A DNA stretch of 63,262 nucleotides, filler included, from Folioceros fuciformis (lineage: Eukaryota): NCBI GenBank assembly GCA_049999805.1. It is 6 parts of 6 records of this genome, joined end to end, with 100 filler letters (N's around TTAATTAATTAA, not from the genome) between each part and the next. Parts side by side here need not be neighbours in the genome. Positions count along the whole stretch, not along the records: positions 37,033 to 61,164 come from JBNGIO010004178.1; 5 more parts are not named here. One strand, given 5' to 3'. Position numbers and translations under genes: made by a program. Below the pieces are notes generated by a model. It worked only from the letters and a program-made list of their open reading frames with translations. It was not told where the DNA came from and did no database searches. This document shows positions 37,033 through 47,894 of this stretch, one piece after another (within the stretch, counting starts at the first letter, position 1; each line of letters begins with the position of its first letter).

Positions 37033-37685
37033 TTAGATGAAGGACTTTGTCGTTGAAGTGTAGCTCATATGAAGGACTGTGTCGTTGAAGTGCAACTTCA
37101 ATGAAGGACTTCGTCGTTGAATTGCAGCTTAGATGGAGGACTTTGTCGTTGAAGTGTAGCTCACATGAAGGACTTCGTGGTTGAAGTGCAACTTCGATGA
37201 AGGACTTTGTCGTTGAATTGCAGCTTGGATGAAGGACTTCGTCGTTGAATTGCAAAGTAGATGAAGCACTTCGTCGTTGAAGTGTAGCTCAAATGAAGGA
37301 CTTCGTAGTTGAAGCGCAACTTAGATAAAGGACTTCGTTGTTGAATTGGAGCTTGGATGAAGGACTGCATCGTTGAAGTGTAGCTTGGACTTCATCGTTG
37401 AAGTGTAGCTCGCATGAAGGACTACAACTTAGATGAAGAACTATAGCTTAGATGAAGGACTTCATTGTTGAAGTGTAGCTCGCATGAGGGACTTTATCGT
37501 TGAAGTGTAGCTTTGATGAAGGACTTCATTTGTGAAGTGCAACTCGGACATCAACAACTCGGACTTGGTTGTTGAAGTGTAGCTTTGATTAAGGACTTCA
37601 TTTGTGAAGTGCAACTCGGACATCAACAACTCGGACTTGGTTATTGATGTGCACAACTCGGGCAAAGGACTTTGTCGTTGAAGTG
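37033..37685. repeat. Tandem satellite of a 32-bp unit with 96-bp higher-order structure
   Basis: ATGAAGGACTT(C/T)GTCGTTGAA core at 37037, 37069, 37101, 37133, 37165 and 37197. Unit ends cycle through GTGTAGCTC / GTGCAACTT / TTGCAGCTT. The array degenerates distally. Confidence 0.9.
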
Positions 37686-38818
37686 CAGGCAAAGTTAGGG
37701 TTAGGGGACCAAATTTAGCCGTAGTGGACCAAGTTTAAGGGTATGGGAACAAGTTTAGGGTAAACACACAGCGTGGTTTGAAAACCAGAGGTAGCGTCGA
37801 CAACAAGGTGGTAAACTTTGGCCGAGGTTTATGCGCTGTTCCCACTTCGGCCTGCAGTAGCCGCCCCCGTCCCGAGGCCGAGGAATTATGAGGCTGTCCG
37901 ACGAAGGCTGCAACATCTAAAGCCTAAATTGCATAGACTGCAGGGCAAGATGATATTGCACTTCAAGGGTCTACATAACCATCCCCAAGGTCATCCAAAC
38001 CGCTGATCGGAACAGAACAAGTTTGTACCTGCACACGAGTCCAAATTGCGAGCAGAAAAAGGTAGAAGGCAGCAGGAACCGTAGCTCTTGTCTCTTCACA
38101 AATTAGACTCAAGTAAAGAATATGAGGCTGCTGCTTCTACTTCTCTCCGCGTCCAGCCTCAATTTGGAGAGCAGTCGGCTTCCAGCAATCAGAAGAGGAT
38201 GTTGGTACATGAGGGGTCATTGCCGCTTCCAAGGTCAAGGAAACTCTCACACTGTACAGATTACGGCCCCAAACCCTGGAGAAAATGCTTAACGTGAAGT
38301 TCTTTCCTCACACTGGCAACGTCCCTCTGAGCTTCCAAAATATGCTACTACTGACATGCAGACGGCTCCTTGGCTTGAAGTCACTAGCAGCCACAACACC
38401 AAGCTAAGTGGCAGGAGGCAGCTCGAAGCATCTTAGTTATCGTAAAACATTGACCCAGCTGGTATCTCCCTGCACCCTCCATCCTCCATCTTGCTGGTAT
38501 CGCTTCATTGGAATCCAAATGCAAGGATTCAAGAAGTTTCATCCCTTGACATTAAGTGAAGTTTCCAGGACAACCTGGATACATGTGATCTCTGCAAAGG
38601 GAGCAACCGTGGGCAAAACATCTGTGGCAGTCATGTCCAAGCTACAAGGAGGAGATACCTAGGCAAATCCTGCAACATGCATCCCTTGCACACCCTTCAG
38701 TTGCAACAACCTCCACCGTAGCACATGTACGTTGTTACGAGTACAGCAACCACCTACGTAAGCACCTTCATGTATGATGCACGTGAACTCCGTTGATACT
38801 CTGGACACATGAAACACT

Positions 38819-40519
38819 CTAGCTGCTTGTCGTTTCAAAGTTCAGGGGACCTCCCAAGTCTGCAATGAAGAGAGGGCGGTGCTCCTTCCCTGAACCCTCA
38901 CCCTTTCGAATCCTATCTTCTATGTCCTTGGCTGCTCCAGCCATTGCCTTGTCTAAATCATTCACGGGCCCGTTCATTGCAATCCCCATCATTGTTAACT
39001 TAGGTTGGAAACTATGGTCCATGGAAGATTTCTCTGAATCAGCTTCCTTAGGCTCACTCCTGCTGGAGGATGTCGCAGATTTCGTTCCCTGCATATCCAA
39101 ATCCTCCCCAGTCTTCCTCTTCATCACCCCATCCAGATTAAATCCCCAATTCTTACCAAAGGATCGAAAAGGCCTTTTCCCAGAATCCCTCCCATTCCAC
39201 CCACTCTCTTGTCTACCAACAGCATCATCCATTCCAGACACACTGCTATCCTCTCCACGACCAGAACTCCTTGGCCTGTAGTCGTCTTCCACGGCTGCTC
39301 CATCCTCAATACTGGCATTAGCGGCTTCAGTCTCCGCTGCAGCTGCTCTCCTTTCAAACGAGTCTACAACTACAGGGAAGCTCGGTTGGAGTCCAGCAAG
39401 ATTCCGACTCCATTTGTTCCCCAGAAGCACAACGTCCAGCAGGTCCTGGAAGTAAACCTCGGCCGCCTTAACGATGGCGGACTCCAACCCGGCTGCTCCC
39501 TGCCCCATTTCCTCCATGAACTCCTGCACTTCCATGGGATCTAAAAGGCCATCGGGGTCATCTTCAGCCACTTCCGCCGGGAAATCAACATCCACCTGAC
39601 TATGGCGTTGCAGGTGACGTGCATAAATTAACATCTGATAGTAGTGATCCACCGAATGTCCCACCAGGTTGTCAACCTGCTTCTTATCGAAGAAGTAGGG
39701 AGTGAACCACCTGACCCCTCCTGGCGTCGACATAGCAATGGTCAGATTCCTTGCAGTGAAAACAGGCACCCCCTTAAACGACTTGGCCGCTCGCTTCCCC
39801 TGCTCCTTCCTCAGCAACTCCTTGGCTGCCTTGACCTGTTTCTTGTCTGGCACAAATCTGAACATTGGAGGCTTCCCTTTGAAGTACCTGTACGCAGCAT
39901 CCAGAGGGCAAGAGCCTACCGTGCTCCCATTAAGATTCAACCTTCTCACATACGTGGCTGCCTCATCCTTGTCGAAGTAGAAGCGGAAGACGGGGCCCTC
40001 GGTGTCGTCCTTAAAAATATGGCCCAGCGCCTTGCGTGCCCAGCCCACTGAGAAATGAGACACAAACGAGGGCACGAACGAAGGCAGGGACAATCTGAAG
40101 GAGTCGGCCCGCACCGCAATCAGGCCCCTCCGCGAGGTATCACACATTGTAAACACCTGCCCGATGAAGGCTGGTCCAAACCCCGAGAAATCCACCACCT
40201 CGTCTCCACCGGAATCTGCCACAGCCTCGCTGCTGGCGGCTGCAGATCCAGCAGCAACAGGCTTCACCGCTCCAACGTCCGAGGACGACGAGTTCTTAAA
40301 AGCCAGTAGCACCACCGGCCTGTGGGCAGCCAGGAGGCTGAGGTTTTGAGCCGCCCCCGTCCCCTGACCTTCCTGTGGGCACAGCTGCTTCCAAGAGGAT
40401 ACCACATTCTGCGTTACAGAGCCGAGCAGACCCGAGAGGAAGGCGTGGAGGAAGGTTTTCTGTTCCTGATTCTGCTTCTGCTGCTTCTGATGCTTCTGCC
40501 GGCCACGGCTGCTTCCTGC
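38819..40519 (-). CDS. TIC22-like family protein (At5g62650-type); the frame stays open up to the N gap, so the start is probably within 40520-40619
   Basis: GPAFIGQVFTMCD, GPVFRFYFD, CPLDAAYRYFKGKPPMFRFVPDKKQV, GVPVFTARNLTIA, RWFTPYFFDK, EVQEFMEEMG, PKLTMMGI and RPLFIADLG. No stop codon between 40519 and 38819. Confidence 0.82.
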   Translation of the reverse strand, partial: AGSSRGRQKHQKQQKQNQEQKTFLHAFLSGLLGSVTQNVVSSWKQLCPQEGQGTGAAQNLSLLAAHRPVVLLAFKNSSSSDVGAVKPVAAGSAAASSEAVADSGGDEVVDFSGFGPAFIGQVFTMCDTSRRGLIAVRADSFRLSLPSFVPSFVSHFSVGWARKALGHIFKDDTEGPVFRFYFDKDEAATYVRRLNLNGSTVGSCPLDAAYRYFKGKPPMFRFVPDKKQVKAAKELLRKEQGKRAAKSFKGVPVFTARNLTIAMSTPGGVRWFTPYFFDKKQVDNLVGHSVDHYYQMLIYARHLQRHSQVDVDFPAEVAEDDPDGLLDPMEVQEFMEEMGQGAAGLESAIVKAAEVYFQDLLDVVLLGNKWSRNLAGLQPSFPVVVDSFERRAAAAETEAANASIEDGAAVEDDYRPRSSGRGEDSSVSGMDDAVGRQESGWNGRDSGKRPFRSFGKNWGFNLDGVMKRKTGEDLDMQGTKSATSSSRSEPKEADSEKSSMDHSFQPKLTMMGIAMNGPVNDLDKAMAGAAKDIEDRIRKGEGSGKEHRPLFIADLGGPLNFETTSS

Positions 40520-41304
40520 NNNNNNNNNNNNNNNNNNNNNNNNNNNNNNNNNNNNNNNNNNNNNNNNNNNNNNNNNNNNNNNNNNNNNNNNNNNNNNNNN
40601 NNNNNNNNNNNNNNNNNNNCTCCAGCTTCACGCTACGAATGGTGGAATCCTGGCCTTGGCCACCCATCCACGGGCCGCGCGTAATCAATGCTGAAATTCA
40701 CGCTCCGTCGAATCCTCCAGGCCCTGTGAAGCGAGCACCACGGCAGGAAGCGGTGCACGGAATTTTGAACCTGGAAAAAGGAGCTGGGTCGTGGAAGCCG
40801 ACGACAGACGTCTCTTTCTGTGGTGTGAACCGGTGCTGGATGGTCGAGATCTTTTTTGGACCACGGAGGAGATCCGGATTTGACCTCATCCGAACATGTG
40901 ATGCAGCTGGAGCGACGAGGCTGAGATGCTGTTGTCGAATCGGAGGAATTGGTGGTGGGACATGGACCTGCCTTCGTCTTGGGGCAGGTGTTTGCGCGAG
41001 GTGTCGATCGTGGCAAACACCTGGCTGATGAATAGGCGGGCATGAAGTTTTAAGGAGATGATGCTGCTGCTGAGGAAGGGTCCCGCTGCGGCAAATCCTA
41101 CCATTTCCACTGCAGTAACTGACTGTGGCCAGCTGAGCACCAAGTGGGTCTTCGTCCAATTTTGATTTCTGGCTCTGGAAGGTAGCTAATCTGCCTGTTT
41201 GTGTGCGTGTGCGTGTGTGAGGCCTGCGTTCGTGACGTGGGATTGATGCATCTGGGTTTTCTGGGTCTAGAGAGATTTCCATTGTTGGGTCGTTGGTTTG
41301 TGCA

Positions 41305-43570
41305 GGGTGCATGCTGAGTGCAGGGGTATGAAGGATGGAGGGGTTGACATGGCTCTGCAGCTGCAGGCGATGGATCAAGTGGGGTGCTTGCCTTCGGTGC
41401 AAATGTATAGAGGCCTTCTGCAAGCCTGCATGAAAAGGAAGGATCTGGGTGGTGCCAGACAAGTGCATGCCCATCTGGCAGCACGTGGGTTTGAGTCGAA
41501 TGAATTGCTGGGAAATCTTGTTGTCACCACGCTGGTTAAGTCTGGGAGTCTTGCGGATGGGCTTTTTGTGTTTGGAAGGTTGTCGGAGCGCACAGTTTTC
41601 TCTTGGACAGGCATCATTTCAGGGTGTGGCAACGCCGGGAGGCGCTGTGGTGGTATGGAGAAATGCTGCGGGAAGGGGTGCTGCATGACAAGTATACTTT
41701 TGTGAGCCACCTCAAAGCGTGCAGCAAGGTGGGGGATCTGGAGGGTGGGAAGCAGATTCATGCTGATGCTCTCAGTTGGGCTTGTATCCGATGTGTTCGT
41801 CGGGAGCACGTTGGTCAGCATGTACGCGGAGTGTGGGAGTATTGAGCATGCTCGGGATGTTTTTGACCGGCTTTCACACCGGAAAGTGGTTTCGTGGACG
41901 ACGATGGTAACAGCGTACGCTGAACAAGGCCTAGGGGAAATGGCCTTGCGTGTGTATCGGGAGATGCAGGAGGAGGGAATCAGGCCAGATGGCTGGACTA
42001 TGGTGAGTGCTCTTCAGGCTTGTGGCAAGCTTGCAGAGGAGGAGGAAGGTGCGGTTGTGTATGGGTGCAGTGTAAAAGTGGAGGCTCTGGTGAAAGGGAA
42101 GGAAATACATGCACAGGCTGTTGCAAGGGGTTTGGCCTTGAATGGCTTTCTCCTCAGTGCCCTGGTTTGTATGTATGGTAAATGTGGGAGCATTAGAGAT
42201 GCTCGATGCGTGTTTGAGATGCCTTCACATCAAGATGTTGTGTCCTGGACAGCCATGATCACAGCTTATGCACAGCAGGGCCAAGCAGAAATGGCGTTGG
42301 AAGTGTATGGGCAAATGAGAGCGGCAGGTGTCAGACCTGACGCGTGGACTCTTGTCAGTGTTCTCCAAGCCTGTTGGATTATTGCAGAGCAGCAAGCAGC
42401 TGGTGAGCAAGATAGTCCTGGGCTGTCGGACTCGCTTCGTTTGGGGAAAGCAATACACGCTGAAGCGGCTAAGCAGGGCCTGGAATCACAAATGCTTGTT
42501 GCAAACAGCCTGGTTAGTGTCTACACGAGATGCGGGAGTCTGCAGGATGCACAACATGTCTTCGATAGGCTGTCTCACCAAGATGTGGTAGCATGGAACA
42601 CGATAACGGCATATAGCCGTCACGGCGAAGGAGAGAAAGCTCTGCAACTTTATGCACAGATGCGAGCGGGCGGCGTGACGTCTGATGAAGCTACGTTCCT
42701 CTGTGTCCTGGAAGCATGTTGCAGTACAGGGGCTTTAGCTACCTGTCTGCACACTTACCTCAGCATTCGTGATCAAGGGCTCGACTGCAGTCCTGCCATG
42801 GCTACCAGCCTAATCCATGCCTTGGGCAAATGTGGGAGCATGGAGGATGCACAAACTGTATTCGACGCTCTACCTCAGCCTGACGTGATGTCATGGACTG
42901 CACTGATTGCTGGCTATGCCCACCACGGAGCGTGCGACAAGGCCATGCTCTGCTATCAGAACATGTGACAGGCTGGTGTGAAACCAGATGGAGTAACCTT
43001 TACGGCATTGCTCTCAGCCTGCAGCCATGCGGGCATGGTAGAGCAAGGACTTGGCTAATTCAGCAGCATGGCCACCGAATATGGCATCCCTTCCGAACTG
43101 GAACACTACATCTGTGTAATTGACCTTGTGGCCAGAGCAGGACTCTTCAGCAAGGCTCAAAATCTGCTCACCCACATGCCAATGCAGCCCACTCTACCAG
43201 TGTGGCTGTCCCTATTGGCTGCCTGCCGAAAGCACGGCAACGTCGCCCTGGCAGAGTTCTTCTTCCAGTGTGCTACGACTTTGGACCTAGGGGAGGGGCA
43301 GCCTATTTGCTCATGTGGAACATCTATGCGGATGCTGGACTCTGGGAGGAAGCAAACCAGATCAACCTGTCCAGACAGCAGACAGGTGCAAGGAAGAAGC
43401 CTGGGCAGAGCTGGATCGAGCACAAGCAGGAGGTGCACACATTCCTGGTGGGCGGACACCAACAGCAGCACCTTGTCCTCCACGGATTGCTGAAAGAACT
43501 CAACTTAGGTCTGAAGAAGCAAGGATTGATTTCACAGCTGGAGACGACTTCAGTTTCAAGGAGTGGCTGA
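41305..43570 (+). pseudogene. PLS-class PPR gene with E/E+ extension (RNA-editing-factor type), disabled
   Basis: P/L/S repeats (LVSMYAECGSIEHARDVFD...VVSWTTMVTAYA), E domain WLSLLAACRKHGN and KKPGQSWIEHKQEVHTF. Frameshifts near 41640, 41775 and 43300; in-frame stops TGA 42966 and TAA 43056. No DYW domain. Confidence 0.88.
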
Positions 43571-44521
43571 TATCCGTGGTCACAACTGACATACTTGCTC
43601 ATTTTAATGAATCCTGGTACAACCTAAGCTTATGGAGCCACAGAAGCTTTAAGCCTCTGAAGGCATGGCCAGACATGAGTGTCATCGGCCAACTGGCAGT
43701 TGCGGCAGATTGGTAGCTTCTTCTGATCATCGCACAGGAACCGTCCTGAGGATTTGGGGAGTTCCGCGGCATCGCTGTCGTGACTGAAGGTAGTGTTGCG
43801 GATCATTTTATCTGCTCTCCTGCTCGTGTGAAGTGTCAAGCACTTTGCTTCATCTCTTGGCTGCAATCTAAGGTGGCATGTCTCTGATGTACGGTCTCAT
43901 GTGCCTCCTTATTCCCTGTGCTCATTCGTGGTGCCTTGTGCAGTGATTACTCCTCTTCGAGCTGCTTCTGACCGGAGGACTCGAGAGTGGGCTCGGGAGT
44001 GAGCCACATGAAAGCAGTCGAGACGTCTTCGTCTTGTATCTTTTGATCCTCCGGCTGCCACATCTTTGTAAATCCACAGGCTGTACAACTCTTGCTCCAC
44101 GAAGTATCAACTACAGGAGTAGCAGCACTGTTTTGGGGGGTCACGCTCGCCATCTTGAAAGAACCAGTCCTTTCTTTCTTTCTTGCTTTCTTGTGTTGTA
44201 GATATGTCGAGAGCTTATTCGCATCGTGCAACATCCAAAATGACTGTCAACATCAAGCCGTTTGGGAAAATGTTGCCGAGTACACGTGGATGAGAACATG
44301 ATCAAGAGCGTGGCACCCCCAGGAAGGTACATGCTGCAAGTGGAAATCTGTCAAGATCAGCCAGGCTGCCTGTGTTGTCCTCCCTCGATACTTCGTTTCG
44401 TGTCTCAGTCTAGTATCAAAGCATTGAAGCTGTGCTCCGTCTTCCTTGGCTTGCTCGTGGTGCACGCTGGGTTTCCCCTTCGTGTGATACCTGCTGGATG
44501 AGACACGTACCACTCACCATC

Positions 44522-46240
44522 TCATTCCGGCTTCCGTTCCGCCACAGCCGGGAAGCGGGAAGCCAGTGCACAATTCAGGTGACCTATCACTTCTTGGTAT
44601 ATGGCAGTATCGCCGGACAATTTTCTCAGTTCGGCAACGCTGGATGTGGGCGTCACCCTGAGCACATCGACCAAGATGGAAAGTGCGCCCAGGCCGCCTC
44701 GAGGAGCACCTTCCACCGTTATGAGCAACTGGCATGCATTCGCTTGCACCTTGCAATATCTGAGCTGCCTGAAGCTGGTGGCAAAGATTTGCACCGTGTG
44801 CAGAGCAGCGTGAGGGCTGGTGTACCTGGTTTGCACCTGCGACCTGGATTCTCCGAACAGGGGAGAAAGGTCCATCCCGTTCGCGTTGGCGATGACCTCG
44901 AATGCATTCAGTGTCCTTTCCGTCTCCTCTTTCGATCGGGCAGAACCCGTAAACGCTGCCTCGACTTTCGCCAAGTCCGCGTTCACATCGTCATAATGTG
45001 TGAGATCTGGCGGAGTGTAGCCCACCGACACCCACGGCTTGGTGTAGAGCTGCTGGATCGTCGGGCGGCTTTGCGGCTTGGGATTCAGCATGGCGACCAG
45101 AAGCTCCTTGACGGGGTCAGGGAAGTCAGGCGGGTACGGGTAACTTCTGTAGTCTGTTGTCAAAAGGTTTTCGATGTATTGTTTTGTCGGGCAAGAACAA
45201 TCGATGGGCGGGTATCCTGCGAGCATGCAGAAGAGAATGACACCACAAGAATACACATCTGCGGGCGGGCCGCGATACCCCACCCATTGCTGCGCTTTCT
45301 GGGTGAGGATCTCCGGAGCCATGTAAGAAAGTGTTCCCACAACGGAGCGGCCCACTGCTGGCATATAGGTCCCGGACTTGGCAGTGAACATGTCCACGGC
45401 TCCAAGCGCAGCGAGCCCGAAATCCGCCACCTTCAACTGGTTGGTGGAATTGAGAAGCAGATTTTCGGGCTTCAAATCCCTGTGACACACACCCTTGGTG
45501 TGGCAGTAGTGCAAAGCGTCAAGCAGTTGCTGGAAATACTTTCTTGCAACGTCCTCCTTCAGCTTCTTTGCCCTGACAATTGCGTCGAACACGGTTCCCC
45601 CGCTCACGTACTCCATCACCAGGAATATCCACAACTTGGTGCCTGCAACGTCCAGCAGCCTAACCACGTTGGGATGCTTGATCCTCAGCATGGCGTGGAT
45701 CTCCCTCGCAGTCTCCCCCTGCCAGTCTTCCAATTGGAGCCTCAATTTTGGTTTGTACAGACACTTGATGGCCACTGTGTGTCCGGTCTTTGTGTCCAAT
45801 GCCTTCCTCACTACGCCAAATGTCCCAGTTCCCAGCACGGGCCCCATCTGGTACTTGCCGATGCACCAAAGTTTAACCTTCGTGGTGGAGCGTTTACTTC
45901 GAGTTCCTTCACGGCCCCCCTTTCCATCCGGGCCGTGGCTTCTGGGTCCCGACAGAAACCCCGCTGTTTGGCAGAGAAGGGCCCGGCGCTTGCAGCTCAC
46001 ACGCCTCCCTCCGAGCTCCTCCTGGACATCCCATGTGAAGCGGGGGCTGCTGATTGCTGTGCGATCACATCTCTGGTAGGCAGCAGCGGTGTGACCCGAA
46101 TTCAGCAACTTGACAATGGTGGCCGGAAAGTAAGGTGGAGCCAACAGCAGATCAGCCAAGGTGCCCACATTTTGGGTTTCAAATGTCCTTGCCCTCCATT
46201 CCCGACCAAGTCTCCTTCGCAGCGCATGAATGCAAGCCAT
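44522..46240 (-). CDS. CIPK: CBL-interacting protein kinase (SnRK3/CIPK)-like, intronless, with long N-terminal extension
   Basis: GTGTFG, VAIK, HRDLKPENLL, DFGL, GT..YMAPE and ADVYSCGVILF. NAF motif TLNAFEVIANANGMDLSPLF followed by PPI-like TRYTS and AELRKLSGD. Start codon uncertain. Confidence 0.88.
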   Translation of the reverse strand: MACIHALRRRLGREWRARTFETQNVGTLADLLLAPPYFPATIVKLLNSGHTAAAYQRCDRTAISSPRFTWDVQEELGGRRVSCKRRALLCQTAGFLSGPRSHGPDGKGGREGTRSKRSTTKVKLWCIGKYQMGPVLGTGTFGVVRKALDTKTGHTVAIKCLYKPKLRLQLEDWQGETAREIHAMLRIKHPNVVRLLDVAGTKLWIFLVMEYVSGGTVFDAIVRAKKLKEDVARKYFQQLLDALHYCHTKGVCHRDLKPENLLLNSTNQLKVADFGLAALGAVDMFTAKSGTYMPAVGRSVVGTLSYMAPEILTQKAQQWVGYRGPPADVYSCGVILFCMLAGYPPIDCSCPTKQYIENLLTTDYRSYPYPPDFPDPVKELLVAMLNPKPQSRPTIQQLYTKPWVSVGYTPPDLTHYDDVNADLAKVEAAFTGSARSKEETERTLNAFEVIANANGMDLSPLFGESRSQVQTRYTSPHAALHTVQIFATSFRQLRYCKVQANACQLLITVEGAPRGGLGALSILVDVLRVTPTSSVAELRKLSGDTAIYQEVIGHLNCALASRFPAVAERKPE

Positions 46241-47894
46241 CTCTCCAAGGTGGCGAACACATGGCCAGGGGACGGTGGGTTCCGCGACTCACAGGCAACA
46301 GGACGACTTTGGACTGTCCGTGGACAGCGGCCTCGACAGTTGAACAGTTTTTCTTATCGCGATTCCGTTCCTTCGTGAAAGCTTCATAAAACCAATATAT
46401 AAACCTAACACGGTTTCGGTCAGGCCAAACGAAGGGAGGGGCTAAACGAAAAGCATTTGGGTAGCTTGAGCTCCAAAATGTACAGTACGCTGTAGCTGAA
46501 GAAGATATGATAATGTTGAGAATCTTGCAGTAAATAGATTCATCCCATCGTTTTCATTCTTAAAAATATTTTATCTTTTTCTTAATTAAAAACGAGGCTA
46601 AATACAGCTTCCTTCACCACCCGTAGGCCCTAAATACTGAAACCCTTTTCATTTAAATATGAAGAGCACTATCATCGCACGGTTAACAGGTCAGGGCCCA
46701 AGTAACAACACCTTTGCAAGGTACTTCCCTTCGAAACTCCCCTGTAATTCGCGGTCTCTACTTCTCTTCTCCTAGAATTGTCATGAACAATAGATAAGAG
46801 AACCCACCGCCGAATAAGGTTGCTTGTAACACAGGTATGCCAAGGGCTAGATCCAAGAGAGTCGCCTGCAAAGCGTGCGATTCGCAAGTTAATACTCTCT
46901 CGTTCTTCCCCCGACCATTTGGCGAGCACACCAGAACAGGTGCCACATTTGCTCTGCACAATACCGAGATTCACTAGGCACTTGAGTACTTCAGAAGCCA
47001 CAGTTTAGTGTCTGACAGTACCTGTTTAGATATGTCTAAACCCAAATCTCCACACCCAACGCAAGCGGTGTAAGTGATCCCCCTCCTGTCGCATTTCTCA
47101 AAATACATACATGCAGCACAGCACAGGCTGTCGATGAGAATACAACGACAAGAAGCCAGTCCAATGCTGCGAAATTGGACAGCGAAGCGAATCCAAGTCT
47201 AGATTGATGACTGGAACGCGTACAAAGGGAGGCACCCCATCCAAGCAGCGTGTAAGCTCTTGTGTGCGTGCAAACTAATGCACCCCAAGCCTCGCTTCAT
47301 GTCCCAGATTACTACTTGATGCTTGCCACCAACAAACGAGAGTATGTCTGAGGTGAGTGGAAAGCGCAACATCTTCCTCATCTGCTTTTTGCTCCAAGAG
47401 ATATCTCCATATGTGTCCTCTAGACCCTATACACAAAAAAAGTAGCCTCCAACACATGCAGGGAACCTGCCCACAAACTGCAATCAAGACAAATAAAAGT
47501 GTGTTACAACTAACAAACTCAGTCCATGCTCTACGAAGGAAGCGAATCTGGAGAAAAACGTAAACAGATTAATCTTGACATGGTTGCGTGTACTTTCCAA
47601 AGTGACAAGACTGCCCGCACCCTCAAAGCTTTGCATTTCAATCTACTTGGGAAGCATTAAACACCGAAGGCGATTGTTATACAGTATAGGGACCTGAGCC
47701 ACACGATGAAGGCTTGTACTTCTTGAAGAAACATATCAGAACATCACAGAGGTGGCGCAGGCAACGAATCGTGGTTTGGACATACAACTGCCAGTGGAAG
47801 ATCGATATGTATAGCAGACCTGAAACTCTCATATATTACAATTCAAGGAACCGTGCACACACTACGTTCATCAACTCTGGTCCTTTGACAAGAT

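Noticed and set aside
37033..37685. CRISPR-like 32-bp repeats
   Set aside because: The variable parts are recurring variants of one monomer rather than unique spacers; this is a satellite.
20037..46240. RBOH plus CIPK as a Ca2+/ROS gene cluster
   Set aside because: Two artificial linkers separate them, so physical linkage is unsupported.
44432..46378. 648-aa plus-strand ORF antisense to CIPK
   Set aside because: It is in exact codon register with the CIPK frame, the usual shadow ORF of a GC-rich gene that avoids TTA/CTA/TCA codons. No recognisable motifs.
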